Origin: Alphaproteobacteria bacterium
GTDB lineage: Bacteria > Pseudomonadota > Alphaproteobacteria > Bin95
NCBI GenBank assembly: GCA_963665325.3
Contig: CAXXWS020000004.1
Coordinates: forward strand, 192,001-256,000
Direction of reading: 5' to 3'
Length of the DNA stretch: 64,000 nt
The notes below the pieces were generated by a model, which searched no databases, was not told the origin of the DNA, and worked only from the letters and a program-made list of their open reading frames with translations. A program made the translations under genes and the position numbers. Numbering within the stretch: the first letter of the stretch is position 1; each line of letters begins with the position of its first letter. Positions 42,847 through 53,160 of the stretch are shown in pieces.

Positions 42847-44241
42847 TCAGGCCTCCCTGGCTGCTTCCGTTCGGGACGGCGCGGCAACTGCCGCTACATC
42901 CTCTGTCTCAAGCTCCTGCTCGATAGCGGCGATCGCGGCTGCCTGGCCGGGCGCCGGCGGGGCCGGCGGCCGCCACTCCAGACTATCGAAAACTCCACAA
43001 TGGGGACAGGTGCCGCTCCATTCGGCAGCCAGGACGCTGCACGCCCGGCAGAACCAGGCCGGATCCCCCGGCGCCTGCCTTGCCCGCGCCAGCCAGCTCC
43101 TGGCGCCTTCCGTGTCGCCCTCGCCGAGCGCGACGCTGGCCATCTGGCGGCAGATGCGCGCGGACGCGCCCTCGCCGACAAGCGGCTCGACCAGCTTGCG
43201 GGCTTCCGCCTGCTGTCCGGCCCCCAGTGCCAGATCTGCCAGCAGCAAGCGCGTGTCGGGCCGCCCCGACTCGCCCTTGAACAGACGCTGGCCCTGACTA
43301 AACCGCACAGCCGGCGTCAGGCGGCTCCACAGCCCTTCCAACGCCTCGGCCAGCATTGGATGGGGGGCCTTCATCCAGCCGTCGCGAAGGACCTTCTCCG
43401 CGCGGCTGCCATGGCCGGCGACGCCTTCCAGACGCGCGGCGCGCGCCGTGGCCGCAGGAAGGGAGGGGTCGAGTTGCCAGGCGGAGCGGGCATGTTTCAA
43501 AGCCGCGGTATTGTCTCCGCGCTCCTCCGCGAGACGGGACCTCTCCACGGCTACAACGGCGCGCCTGCGCTTCAGGTCTTCGCCACGGACGAGTTTCCGG
43601 CCAGCCAGCGCCTCCAGCGCAGCGGACGCACCGTCCCAGTCGCCGTTCGCCGTGCGGAGGTCGAACAGTGCTTCCAGCACCCAGGGCGTGCCCGGCCGCT
43701 CCTTCTGCGCGCGCGCGGTAATCGCGAGCGCCTCGTCCCGGTCTCCGGCGCGGCTGGCCTGCGCCATCAGGCCGCGCAGTCCGAGCAGGCTGGTCTCAGG
43801 CTCGTCCACCATCGCCTCGAAGAACCGCCGGGCCGCACTGTCGTCGCCATCGAGCTGCGCCGCCTGGGCCGCGAGCAGCAGGGTTAACGGCGCGCCGTCG
43901 AGCAGCCGGTCGGCCTCGCGCGCCCGGCGTTTGGCTTCGTCGGCAGCGCCTGCCGCAACCGCCACCATGCCGAGGCTCAACGCCCGGTATCCCCGTTCGC
44001 GGCGTCGCCCCGCCCGCCCGAACCGCATCGCCTGCGGCGTGCGCCGAAGTGCCAGCCAGAACCGATATGAGAAAGCCGCCAGCAGACCGAAGAACAGGAG
44101 CGCCACCAGTAGTCCACCGGTCCGCGCATTGATACGCCAATCCCCCAGGCTGAATTCGCCATCGCCCGGCAGTTGCGCCAGCCAGACGGCGGCGCCAACG
44201 ACGAGGCCGATCTTGAACAGCGTCCAGAGCAGGCGGATCAT
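42847..44241 (-). CDS. hemY: HemY_N / TPR membrane protein
   Basis: Two N-terminal TMs, LTLLLAAQAA, LLGLRGL, C-terminal W.C..C..W...CP.C..F; position in the hem operon. Confidence 0.8.
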   Translation of the reverse strand: MIRLLWTLFKIGLVVGAAVWLAQLPGDGEFSLGDWRINARTGGLLVALLFFGLLAAFSYRFWLALRRTPQAMRFGRAGRRRERGYRALSLGMVAVAAGAADEAKRRAREADRLLDGAPLTLLLAAQAAQLDGDDSAARRFFEAMVDEPETSLLGLRGLMAQASRAGDRDEALAITARAQKERPGTPWVLEALFDLRTANGDWDGASAALEALAGRKLVRGEDLKRRRAVVAVERSRLAEERGDNTAALKHARSAWQLDPSLPAATARAARLEGVAGHGSRAEKVLRDGWMKAPHPMLAEALEGLWSRLTPAVRFSQGQRLFKGESGRPDTRLLLADLALGAGQQAEARKLVEPLVGEGASARICRQMASVALGEGDTEGARSWLARARQAPGDPAWFCRACSVLAAEWSGTCPHCGVFDSLEWRPPAPPAPGQAAAIAAIEQELETEDVAAVAAPSRTEAAREA

Positions 44242-45503
44242 CTGCTGTCCCTGGCAGTCAACGCCTCCAGCTCGGCGTCGGCCGCCAGCCTGTCCGTGGC
44301 GACAGCGAGCCAGCCGTCGAAAGGCGGCGGCAGGTCGCCGCCGAGTTCCGCGACCGCGCCAGCGAGGTCGCCGTCCTCGATATGGGCTTCCGCTCGCCCG
44401 AGAGCCGCGTCGGGACCGTCGCCCGGCAAGTCCTTGGCTACCTCGCGAACGCTCACGACATCGGAGAGCCGGCCGATCACGTCATCGAGCCAGGGCCTGC
44501 CGGTGACCCCTTCCGGCCGGACGGTGCGGGCACGCGCCAATTGCTTGAATTGCCTTGCCAACCCGTTCGGGGTCGGCAGGCCCTGTTCGGCGCGCGCCGT
44601 CCACGAGCCGAAGCCGGGATCGCCGGTCGCCCGCAGCGCCTCCAGTTCCTTCTTGAACGGAGTGCCGGAATCGACGGCGAACCTGAGACGCGCAACCGCC
44701 AGCTTCGCCGTCTCGCCGGCCTCGTCCGACCGGGCCAAGCTCCCGACAGCGTTGCGAAGCGCGGCCAGTTCCGCAAGCGCCTTGTCCGCCGCTGCGCCGG
44801 CTTCGACCGCCGCGCGGTCCGCCGCCGCCAGCTGCGCCTCCAGACCGTCCGCCCGGTCGCCTCCCTCGAGCCCTTCCAGACGCATTTCCAGCCCCGTAAC
44901 CGCAGCCTTGAGGGATGCCAGCGCCGGGTCGGCAACCGGCTCTGCCGTACCTTCGCCCGCCGGCCGCGCCTCCAGGACGGCGAGCCGTTCTTCCAACCCG
45001 CCCATTTGCGCGGCGACGGCGGGATCGACTGGCGGCTCCGCCTGCTCAAGGTTGGCAATCCGCTCTTCCAGTGTCTCCAGCCGCGCATCCAGTCGTTGTT
45101 CGAACCCCTCCAGGGCGCTCCGCAGGGCGGTCGCCTCCCCGGCTACCGCTTCGCTTTTCTCCCGGTTCGCCGCTATCGCGGCCGAGTGCGCGTCCACCTG
45201 CGCCCGATCGGCCGCCTTGCCCTCCACTTGCGACAACCGGCCGGCAAGGCGCTCGATATCGCCCGCTGTCGCCATGTCCGGCGGCTTGCCGGCGAGGAAG
45301 AGGGCAAGGCGCTCCGGCTGGCCCGCGACCAGGTAGCCGAGCGCCGCGATGAGGACGACCGGCAGGAGCCAGAGCAACAGGAACAGCCGTCCGCGCCGCC
45401 GGCGACGGGCGGCCGGTTCACCGGCCGTGGAGTCGTCCGCGACCGCTTCGACCTCTATCGGCTCCGCCTCGAGGACCGCCTCGTCTCCCGGTCGATCCGT
45501 CAT
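44238..45503 (-). CDS. COG4223 / mitofilin (alpha-Mic60)-like coiled-coil membrane protein
   Basis: One TM, coiled coil, AVDSGTPFKKEL, GLPT, LGRAEAHIEDGDLAGAV..W; lies between hemD and hemY. Confidence 0.75.
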   Translation of the reverse strand: MTDRPGDEAVLEAEPIEVEAVADDSTAGEPAARRRRRGRLFLLLWLLPVVLIAALGYLVAGQPERLALFLAGKPPDMATAGDIERLAGRLSQVEGKAADRAQVDAHSAAIAANREKSEAVAGEATALRSALEGFEQRLDARLETLEERIANLEQAEPPVDPAVAAQMGGLEERLAVLEARPAGEGTAEPVADPALASLKAAVTGLEMRLEGLEGGDRADGLEAQLAAADRAAVEAGAAADKALAELAALRNAVGSLARSDEAGETAKLAVARLRFAVDSGTPFKKELEALRATGDPGFGSWTARAEQGLPTPNGLARQFKQLARARTVRPEGVTGRPWLDDVIGRLSDVVSVREVAKDLPGDGPDAALGRAEAHIEDGDLAGAVAELGGDLPPPFDGWLAVATDRLAADAELEALTARDSR

Positions 45504-46246
45504 TGCCGTCCTTCGCCAGTGACGCCGGGCGTTTCCAGGATACGGTCCACTTCCGCCATCATCGCCTCGTGATCCGGTCGGCCGGCGATGCGGACCTCGC
45601 GCCACGCAACGCCTTCCAGAGCCCGGCCCACGGCCTCGCTGAGGACGCAGGCATGAACGGAACGGCAGGACTCTTCGATGCCGCTTCGCAGCGCCAATTT
45701 AGCAAACACCGCCGCCGTCCGGGGAGAGAAAAACAGGGCGAGGCAAAGACGCCCGGCCGCCAGTTCCCCGACGAGCGCCGGGCTGAACGCCTCCGCGGCG
45801 CGGGCACGGTAAAGCACCTCCCGCCGCACCGCGAACCCCGCCGCCGCCAGGCTGCCGGCAAGGTCTCCCGCAACGGCCTCGCCCGACGCATGGAGCAGGG
45901 GTCCCGCCGAGGGCTTGCAATGCGCCGCCGCCAGCCTCGCCAGTGCGCGGGCATCGCCAGCCGCGCTCTCGACCCGAAGGAAGCCCGCCACGCGCGCTTC
46001 TCGCGCCGTTGCATCTCCCGCCGCAAAGGACGGCAAGCCCCGCTCCGGCGAGGCCGCCGCAAAGGCGCGCACGCCGTTCGCGCTGGTGAAAAGCAGGGTC
46101 TGCACTCCCGCGAGGTCGAGGGCCGGCGCCGGCAGGAACTCGATCTTGAGCATCGGCTCCACAAGGGCGCTGATGCCGCGCGCCGCCAGCGCGTCGACGG
46201 TGCGGCCGGCATCGCGCAACGGCCGGGTGACGAGGGCCCGGTTCAC
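45500..46246 (-). CDS. hemD: Uroporphyrinogen-III synthase
   Basis: LVTRP, FTSANGV, GDATA, FFSPRTA. Confidence 0.92.
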   Translation of the reverse strand: MNRALVTRPLRDAGRTVDALAARGISALVEPMLKIEFLPAPALDLAGVQTLLFTSANGVRAFAAASPERGLPSFAAGDATAREARVAGFLRVESAAGDARALARLAAAHCKPSAGPLLHASGEAVAGDLAGSLAAAGFAVRREVLYRARAAEAFSPALVGELAAGRLCLALFFSPRTAAVFAKLALRSGIEESCRSVHACVLSEAVGRALEGVAWREVRIAGRPDHEAMMAEVDRILETPGVTGEGRQ

Positions 46247-47148
46247 GCCTCCAGCGCCCCCGGCGGCGCATCCGCGCGGAGCGCTTCCCCGGCGTCGAGC
46301 CCGATTGTCCGCGCGTCCGCAGCAGGGCCAGCGCGGCAAATCTCCCGCATCTCCGTCCCGTCCGGCGTGAGCAGACGGCCCCGAAGGACGAGCTCACCGT
46401 CCTGGAGGTTGGCATGGGCAGCAATGGGCGTCCTGCAGGACCCGTCGAGCGACGCGAGCAGGGCGCGCTCGGCTGCAACGCAACAGGAGGTGGGTTCGTG
46501 GTCGATGGCGGCCAGCCGTGCATGCAAAACACTGTCCCCGGCACGGCATTCGATGCCGATTGCGCCCTGCCCCGCCGCCGGCAGCATCTCCTCCGGTGCG
46601 ATGGGGGCGGCGCGCTCCGTCATGTCGAGCCGCGCGAGGCCCGCCATGGCGAGGAAGGTCGCATCGAACTCCCCGACGCGCACCCGCTCCAGCCGCGTTT
46701 GGACATTGCCGCGGATGAGCGCCGGCACAAGGTCCGGGCGCCGGGCCAACATCTGCGCCTGCCGGCGGAGCGAGGCCGTGCCGATGCGCGCGCCGGGCGG
46801 CAATTCGGCCAGCGTCCGCGCGCCTCCCGCCAGACCGTCGCGGGGATCTTCGCGCTCCAGCATGGCGGCCAGGACGAAGCCCTCCGGAAGAACGGTCTCC
46901 AGGTCCTTCACCGAGTGGACGGCGGCGTCGATTCGCCCCTCCGCCAGCGCCGCCTCGATTTCCTTCGCGAACAGGCCCTTGCCGCCGATGTCAGCCAGCC
47001 GGCGGTCGCGTATCCGGTCGCCGGTCGTGCGGATCGTGACGATCTCGATATCGAGGTCCGGCTCGCGAGCCCGCAATGCGGCGGCGGCCTGCTCCGCCTG
47101 CCGGAGAGCGAGCGGACTGCCCCGCGTGCCGAGACGGATCTTCGCCAT
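46243..47148 (-). CDS. hemC: Hydroxymethylbilane synthase
   Basis: [43 protein letters not shown]. Confidence 0.97.
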   Translation of the reverse strand: MAKIRLGTRGSPLALRQAEQAAAALRAREPDLDIEIVTIRTTGDRIRDRRLADIGGKGLFAKEIEAALAEGRIDAAVHSVKDLETVLPEGFVLAAMLEREDPRDGLAGGARTLAELPPGARIGTASLRRQAQMLARRPDLVPALIRGNVQTRLERVRVGEFDATFLAMAGLARLDMTERAAPIAPEEMLPAAGQGAIGIECRAGDSVLHARLAAIDHEPTSCCVAAERALLASLDGSCRTPIAAHANLQDGELVLRGRLLTPDGTEMREICRAGPAADARTIGLDAGEALRADAPPGALEA

Positions 47149-47175
47149 GCGCTGCGAGTTACCCCTTCCGGCCGC

Positions 47176-47245
47176 CGGGCGCAATCCGCCGCGCCCGCCA
47201 ACGGGCGCAATCAACCGCCGCGCCCGCCAACGGGCGCAATCCGCC
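47176..47245. repeat. Tandem repeat, about 2.5 x 26-29 bp, each unit a hairpin, in the hemC-tsaD divergent region
   Basis: cgggcgcaat(caa)ccgccgcgcccgccaa units at 47176, 47202 and 47231 (partial); cgggcgc/gcgcccg stem. Confidence 0.8.
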
Positions 47246-47283
47246 ATTGCACAGGGACACGGGGCCTGTATCGTCCTGCCGCC

Positions 47284-48300
47284 ATGCGGGTCCTCGGCAT
47301 CGAAACGAGTTGCGACGAGACGGCGGCGGCCGTGGTGGACGCCGACCGGCGCATTCTCGCCGAGCGGCTGCTGTCCCAGACCCGCGAACACGCACCCTAT
47401 GGCGGCGTCGTGCCCGAAATCGCGGCCCGCGCCCATCTCGACCATCTCGACCGGCTCGTGGCGGAGACGATGGCGGAGGCCGGCCTCGGTTTCGCCGACC
47501 TTGACGGAATCGCGGCAGCCGCCGGGCCCGGCCTGATCGGCGGCCTGCTGGTCGGGGCGACCACGGCGAAGGTGATGGCTCTTGCGAGCGGCCGGCCCTT
47601 CCTGGCCGTCAATCATCTGGAGGCGCATGCCCTCACAGCGCGCCTCACGGACGGCCTCGACTTCCCCTATCTGCTTCTGCTGGTATCCGGCGGGCACACG
47701 CAACTGCTGGGGGTCGAGGACGTCGGGCGCTACCGGCTTTATGGCGAGACCGAGGACGACGCGCTGGGCGAGGCCTTCGACAAGACTGCCCGGCTGCTCG
47801 GGCTGGGCTTTCCCGGCGGGCCGGCAGTCGAGAAGGCGGCGGAGACCGGCGATCCGGCGCGGTTCCGCCTGCCTCGGCCGCTCGCCGGACGGCCGGGCGC
47901 GGGCTTCTCCTTTTCCGGCCTCAAGACCGCACTGCGCCGCGCCGTCGAGGCGCTGCCCGCGCCGGACGAGCAGGACATTGCCGATCTCGCCGCCTCATTC
48001 CAGGCCGCCGCCGCCGACACGCTAGCCGACCGTACCGCCAATGCCGCCGCCATGTTCCGGCAGGACTGCCCGGCGGGCTGCGTGCTGGTGGCCGCAGGGG
48101 GCGTCGCCGCAAATCGCAGCCTCAGGGCGCGCCTGGAACGAGTGGCGGAGGAGCACGGCTTCGACTTCTTCGCCCCGCCGGCCCGCCTCTGCACCGACAA
48201 TGCCGCCATGATCGCCTGGGCGGGACTGGAGCGGCTGCGCCTCGGCGAGCGCGACGGCCTCGACTTCCGGCCGCGCCCCCGCTGGCCGCTCGCTTCGTGA
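47284..48300 (+). CDS. tsaD: tRNA N6-adenosine threonylcarbamoyltransferase
   Basis: [44 protein letters not shown]. Confidence 0.97.
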   Translation: MRVLGIETSCDETAAAVVDADRRILAERLLSQTREHAPYGGVVPEIAARAHLDHLDRLVAETMAEAGLGFADLDGIAAAAGPGLIGGLLVGATTAKVMALASGRPFLAVNHLEAHALTARLTDGLDFPYLLLLVSGGHTQLLGVEDVGRYRLYGETEDDALGEAFDKTARLLGLGFPGGPAVEKAAETGDPARFRLPRPLAGRPGAGFSFSGLKTALRRAVEALPAPDEQDIADLAASFQAAAADTLADRTANAAAMFRQDCPAGCVLVAAGGVAANRSLRARLERVAEEHGFDFFAPPARLCTDNAAMIAWAGLERLRLGERDGLDFRPRPRWPLAS

Positions 48301-48310
48301 ACGCGCCGGC

Positions 48311-49165
48311 ATGAAGGTCGGCGTGCTGGGCGCGGGCGCATGGGGACGGGCGCTCGCGAAAACGGCGGAGCGCGCCGGGCACGAGGTTGCGCTCTGGAGC
48401 CGGGCCAGTAGCGGCCGCCGCTTCGAGGCTGCCGCTTCGGCCGATGTCGTGGTTTTGGCAGTGCCGGCCCAGGCCATGGCCGAACTGGCCGCCCGGCTCG
48501 ACCCCGAAAAGACACGCGGCGCGCTCGTAATCGCCGCCAAGGGGCTGGAGCGCGGCACGGGCCGGCTGATGAGCGAGGTGCTCGGCCCCGGCTTCGCCGC
48601 CGGCGCGTTGTCCGGCCCTAATTTCGCGGCCGAGATTGCCGCCGGCCTGCCGGCGGCAGCAGTGCTGGCGGGCGCGCCGCAGGCCGCCTTTGCGACCAGC
48701 GGCTTTCGTGTCTATGAAAGCCGTGATGTCGTCGGAGTGCAGCTTTGCGGGGCGCTGAAGAATGTCATCGCCATCGCGGCGGGGATCACCGAAGGACGCC
48801 GGCTCGGCGAGAACGCCCGCGCCGCGCTGGTTACACGCGGGCTCGCGGAAATCCGCCGCCTCGTGATTGCCGAGGGCGGCGAGGCGGAGACGGTTGCGGG
48901 GCTCGCCGGACTCGGCGACCTGATGCTGACCGCGACCGGCCCCACATCGCGCAACTACGCCTACGGGATGGCGCTCGGCCAGGGCGAACCGCCGCCCGAC
49001 GCGCTCGCCGAAGGCGCGTCCACGGCTGAACCCGCGCTCCTCCGCGCGGCGCGCGCCGGCGTGGAACTGCCGATTGCAGCGGCCGTCGCGGATATTGTCG
49101 CCGGGCGCGTCGATATCGAATCCGCTATGAAGCGATTGCTTGCCCGCCGCGCCGGCCGCGAATGA
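48311..49165 (+). CDS. gpsA: NAD(P)H-dependent glycerol-3-phosphate dehydrogenase (compact)
   Basis: GAGAWG, KG, SGPNFA.E, GALKNV, GLGDL, SRN. Confidence 0.88.
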   Translation: MKVGVLGAGAWGRALAKTAERAGHEVALWSRASSGRRFEAAASADVVVLAVPAQAMAELAARLDPEKTRGALVIAAKGLERGTGRLMSEVLGPGFAAGALSGPNFAAEIAAGLPAAAVLAGAPQAAFATSGFRVYESRDVVGVQLCGALKNVIAIAAGITEGRRLGENARAALVTRGLAEIRRLVIAEGGEAETVAGLAGLGDLMLTATGPTSRNYAYGMALGQGEPPPDALAEGASTAEPALLRAARAGVELPIAAAVADIVAGRVDIESAMKRLLARRAGRE

Positions 49166-49190
49166 CCGGAGAGGAAGAGGAAACCGCCCG

Positions 49191-49604
49191 ATGAATTACT
49201 GGCTGTTCAAGAGCGAGCCCGGCGCCTGGTCCTGGCAAAACCAGCTGGACGCCGGCACGGCGGAATGGGACGGCGTGCGCAACCACCAGGCCGCCAACAA
49301 CATGAGAGCGATGCGCGTCGGCGACCGGGGCTTCTTCTACCATTCGGTCGGCGAACGCATGATCGTCGGCACGGTCGAGGTAGTGAAGGAATACTACCCC
49401 GACCCGACCGATGCCTCGGGTCGCTTCGGCATGGTGGATGTACGCGCCGTCGAGAGCGCGGTCCGCCCGGTGAGCCTCGCCGAGATTAAGGCCGACCCGG
49501 ATTTCGCCGAACTCCCGCTCGTCCGCCAGTCGCGGCTCTCCGTCTCGCCGGTGCCGGCCCCGCTCTGGGCCAAGCTCTGCGCGATGGCCGGCGTCGCCGG
49601 CTGA
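49191..49604 (+). CDS. EVE domain protein
   Basis: YWLFKSEP, WDGVRNHQA, FFYHS, RLSV.PV. Confidence 0.94.
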   Translation: MNYWLFKSEPGAWSWQNQLDAGTAEWDGVRNHQAANNMRAMRVGDRGFFYHSVGERMIVGTVEVVKEYYPDPTDASGRFGMVDVRAVESAVRPVSLAEIKADPDFAELPLVRQSRLSVSPVPAPLWAKLCAMAGVAG

Positions 49605-49616
49605 CTCGCCCGGCGC

Positions 49617-50492
49617 ATGGGCTGGCTCGATCGAATCGCAGAGTGCAATAGGCACAACCTTTCAGGCTTCCTGCCCTTCGAGGTCGGTGAGACAAGGATC
49701 GGCTGGGTCCGCCGCAGTCTGGCGGAGCGGCTTGCCGAACGGCCGGAAGTCTTCGCCGTCGGGGCCGAGCGGGTCGATTTCGCGCCCGCCCTCGACACGC
49801 CCGAGCAGCGGACCGCCGGGCTCGCCGAAGTCGTCGATGAATGGCACCGGAGCGGCCTGCTGCGCCGGGTCAGCGGGGAGTTGCTCGCGGTCGGAGCGGG
49901 AATAGGGGAAACGCCGCTTTTCCTGATCGACCGCTCGGCCGTGCAGGCCTTCGGCTTCAGCGCGGTGGGCGTGCATGTCAACGGCTATGTGCGCGGCGAT
50001 GACGGGCTGCATGTCTGGACCGCGGAGCGCGCCGCCGGGCGCCACAGCTATCCGGGCATGCTCGACAATGTGGTGGCCGGGGGGCAGCCAGCCGGCCTTT
50101 CGCTCCGGGAGAATGTCGTCAAGGAAGCTGCGGAGGAAGCCGGCATTCCACAGGCGCTCGCGGAGCGCGCCCGGCCCGCCGGCGCCGTCACCTATTGCCT
50201 CGAAACCGAAGCGGGCCTGCGCCCCGACATCCTCTATGTATACGACCTCGAGCTTCCCGCCGGCTTCCAGCCCCGCAATGTCGATGGCGAGGTCGCGCAT
50301 TTCGAGCTCTGGCCGGTGGAGCGCCTGGCGGAAGCGGTCCGGGACACAAGGCGGTTCAAGTTCAACTGCAATCTCGTGATTATCGACTTCCTCATCCGCC
50401 GCGGCGTTCTCGGTCCGGAAGACCCGGACTATCTGGCCATCCTGGCGGGCCTCCGCCCGGCGCTCCCCATCGATCCCTGGCGGTTGTGGTAG
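49617..50492 (+). CDS. Nudix hydrolase with DUF4743 N-terminus
   Basis: GVHVNGYV, PGMLDNVVAGG, KEAAEEAG, FKFNCNLV. Confidence 0.88.
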   Translation: MGWLDRIAECNRHNLSGFLPFEVGETRIGWVRRSLAERLAERPEVFAVGAERVDFAPALDTPEQRTAGLAEVVDEWHRSGLLRRVSGELLAVGAGIGETPLFLIDRSAVQAFGFSAVGVHVNGYVRGDDGLHVWTAERAAGRHSYPGMLDNVVAGGQPAGLSLRENVVKEAAEEAGIPQALAERARPAGAVTYCLETEAGLRPDILYVYDLELPAGFQPRNVDGEVAHFELWPVERLAEAVRDTRRFKFNCNLVIIDFLIRRGVLGPEDPDYLAILAGLRPALPIDPWRLW

Positions 50493-50525
50493 GCTTTTCC
50501 GGCACGGGCGAGGCAGGAGGCTCCT

Positions 50526-51419
50526 ATGGTCCACGATGTCCTGAATGACGGTTTCCTGGAGATAATCGACCCGGATACGGCGCCGGAGCAGATCGGCAGC
50601 GGCTTCGATTTCACCGAGGGGCCGGTCTGGCATCCGCGCGAGAAGACGGTGATTTTCAGCGACATGCCGGGCAACCATATGCGCGTTTGGACCGAAGCCG
50701 GCGGCGTCAACACCTTCCGCAAGCCGAGCGATATGGCGAACGGCAATGCCTACGATCTGGAAGGCCGGCTCGTCACCTGCGAGCACGCTACCAGCCGGGT
50801 GACGCGCACCGGCCATGACGGCGGGATCGAGGTGCTCGCCAGCCACTATGACGGCAAGGAGCTCAACAGCCCGAACGACGTCATCGTGGCCTCGGACGGC
50901 GCAATTATCTTCACCGATCCGGGCTTCGGCCGCATGGCCTATTACGGCGTCGAGCGCGAGCCCGAACTCGGCTTCCGCGGCGTTTACCGCCTGGATGCCG
51001 GCGGCGGCGAAGCGCGCCTGCTCGCGTCGGACTTCGACCAGCCGAACGGCCTCTGCCTCTCGCTCGACGAAAAGCGGCTCTGGATCAATGACACCATGCG
51101 CGGCCATATCCGCGTTTTCGACGTCGACGCAGACGGCTCGCTCGCTTCCGGCCGCATCTGGGCCGAGGTTGCGGGCGAGGGGCCGGGCGCGCCCGACGGC
51201 ATGAAGATCGATGCGGAGGAGCGCATCTACTGCACAGGCCCCGGCCCCGGCATCCATGTGTTCGCCCGCGACGCCACGCCCCTCGGCATCATCCGTATCC
51301 CGGAAGGCGTCGCCAATTTCTGTTTCGGCGGCGCCGACATGCGCACCCTCTTCGTAACCGCCTCAACCTCGCTCTACCGCGTCCCCCTGCACGCCGCCGG
51401 GCCGGCATTGCGGTTCTGA
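50526..51419 (+). CDS. SMP-30/gluconolactonase family protein
   Basis: FTEGPVW, LNSPND, FTDP, PNG, PDG, NFCFGG. Confidence 0.92.
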   Translation: MVHDVLNDGFLEIIDPDTAPEQIGSGFDFTEGPVWHPREKTVIFSDMPGNHMRVWTEAGGVNTFRKPSDMANGNAYDLEGRLVTCEHATSRVTRTGHDGGIEVLASHYDGKELNSPNDVIVASDGAIIFTDPGFGRMAYYGVEREPELGFRGVYRLDAGGGEARLLASDFDQPNGLCLSLDEKRLWINDTMRGHIRVFDVDADGSLASGRIWAEVAGEGPGAPDGMKIDAEERIYCTGPGPGIHVFARDATPLGIIRIPEGVANFCFGGADMRTLFVTASTSLYRVPLHAAGPALRF

Positions 51420-51621
51420 ACTTCCGGAAACCGGAAATGGCGAGTTGGAAACCCGACTCGTCGCTCCAGGTGTCCGCCAGCGGGGCGGCAACCGGAGCAC
51501 AACCGTCACCCTGGCCGGAGCCAAGCGAAGGGCCGGGGGCCATTTCCCGACCTTCCCACCGAACGCAACCGGTCAGGGACGGACCCGCGCCTTTGCTGGG
51601 TGACGAAAAGGGCCGGGGCCT

Positions 51622-52017
51622 CTATGCAGCAGTGCCCAGGCCCGTGGGCGGCCCCTTCAGTTCGACGGTGTTGCCGTCCGGATCACGGATATAGATCGAC
51701 GGGCCGGTGCCTTCGGCGCCGTAGCGCGGAAGCGCCGCCTCCGTCTCGATACCGTGCTCCGCAAGCCAGGCTCGAAGGCCCGGCTCGTCGAACGGCGTAA
51801 TTCGCAGCGCGAAATGGTCCATATTGGCGCCGGAGGGCTCCGGTTCGCCCGGCACCAGATCGATCAGGCTCGCCCCGGCGCGCAACTGCACCAGGCCGAT
51901 CTCCTCCAGCCGCCGCTCCTCCCGGCAGCCGAGCACGCCGGTATAGAAAGCCAGCGCCGCCTCCATGTCGCGGACCCGGAGCACGACATGGTCCAGGTTG
52001 CGGATGCGAAAACTCAT
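51622..52017 (-). CDS. VOC/glyoxalase family protein
   Basis: LDHVVLRV, FYTGVLG, YIRDPDGNTVELK. Confidence 0.9.
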   Translation of the reverse strand: MSFRIRNLDHVVLRVRDMEAALAFYTGVLGCREERRLEEIGLVQLRAGASLIDLVPGEPEPSGANMDHFALRITPFDEPGLRAWLAEHGIETEAALPRYGAEGTGPSIYIRDPDGNTVELKGPPTGLGTAA

Positions 52018-52413
52018 CGTTCCGCCCTCCCCTTGCTCGGTGTAACACAAAACAACCATTTTTCATGATTGCTTCATGTTTGGCCACAGCGTCATCGTTC
52101 TCCCATTTCGATCATGAATACAGTGTCTTAAAATGCATGTCAAGATACAATCCGAGTTATCTTGCGAACTAATCAGCAGCATTTCCGAGAGCCATTCTGT
52201 TGCATTCGGGGAACTGGATGTGTATTCCGGAGGCAACAGTTCAAGTGAATGGATCTACATTGGCTCATAGGGGATTTGGACCGAAATCTGCCATGCATGG
52301 AATATATGTCGATAATTTTGCCTATGGCTTACTATGGGTAATTTCGTTGGAAATATGGGCCAATTGTTGTGCTGTGGCGGGCGCCACTGGAGCAATATGC
52401 TGCCGCCCGCGGC

Positions 52414-53097
52414 TCACCGGCTCCACTGCGGCGGGCCATCGGCGCTCCAGCGCGGCGCGGGGTCGGTCGGCCAGGTCGTCTCCCAAGGCGGGCAGAGATA
52501 CGCGGCGGTGACGTCCCTTGTCTTGGGCCGGGGACAATCGGGGCCGTCTGTTGTGAAATTGATCTGGCAGACAAAGGGCTGCGGCCCTTTCGTCTTGCGG
52601 GCCTCGTTGATGCACCAGATGGCGGCGCCGCCGTACCGGTTCCAGACATGGGCGCGCCAGGGCCAGGTGCCCCGAAACCAGTCGTCCTGCATGGGGAAGG
52701 CCGGGAGGTATGTGGCGGCGGCGATAACAGCGGACATGAGTGCGACGATCGTTGCCCACACCAGGTTGGTCCGGAGGCGGGTTCCGAGGAGTTCCTTGCG
52801 GTGGCTGACTTTCTGGCGGTCGAGGGTTTCCTGCATGGCGCGCAGCCGGGCGGCGTTCACGGTCTGCGGCTCCGGTCCAGTTTGGGGTTGTTCGTCGCGG
52901 GCGATCAACGGCGTCTCCGGCATCCGTGGCGCCGGCTCGTCGATGGGGGCCGGCTCGACCGGCGGCGGTGCGGCGGCGACCGGTTTCGAGGGGCCCGGGG
53001 AGGATTCAGGAACCGGCGTGGGGGACGGCGGATCGTTCCGGCGGTTCAGCCCCGCCCTCAGGCGGTCGAGAGCGGTTTCGGGCGGTTTGTCGGTCAT
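52414..53097 (-). CDS. Hypothetical membrane protein (Pro-rich N-terminus, one TM, Cys/Trp-rich C-terminus)
   Basis: MTDKPPETALDRL...; divergent from the RHH cluster. Confidence 0.55.
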   Translation of the reverse strand: MTDKPPETALDRLRAGLNRRNDPPSPTPVPESSPGPSKPVAAAPPPVEPAPIDEPAPRMPETPLIARDEQPQTGPEPQTVNAARLRAMQETLDRQKVSHRKELLGTRLRTNLVWATIVALMSAVIAAATYLPAFPMQDDWFRGTWPWRAHVWNRYGGAAIWCINEARKTKGPQPFVCQINFTTDGPDCPRPKTRDVTAAYLCPPWETTWPTDPAPRWSADGPPQWSR

Positions 53098-53160
53098 GGC
53101 ATTCCCCCAGCGGCGGCACCGTTGACAAAATACAGGCGATGACGGGAAAGGACGAAGGTC

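Noticed and set aside
47176-47245. CRISPR array
   Set aside because: The palindromic units are contiguous with no unique spacers, and there are no cas genes in the window.
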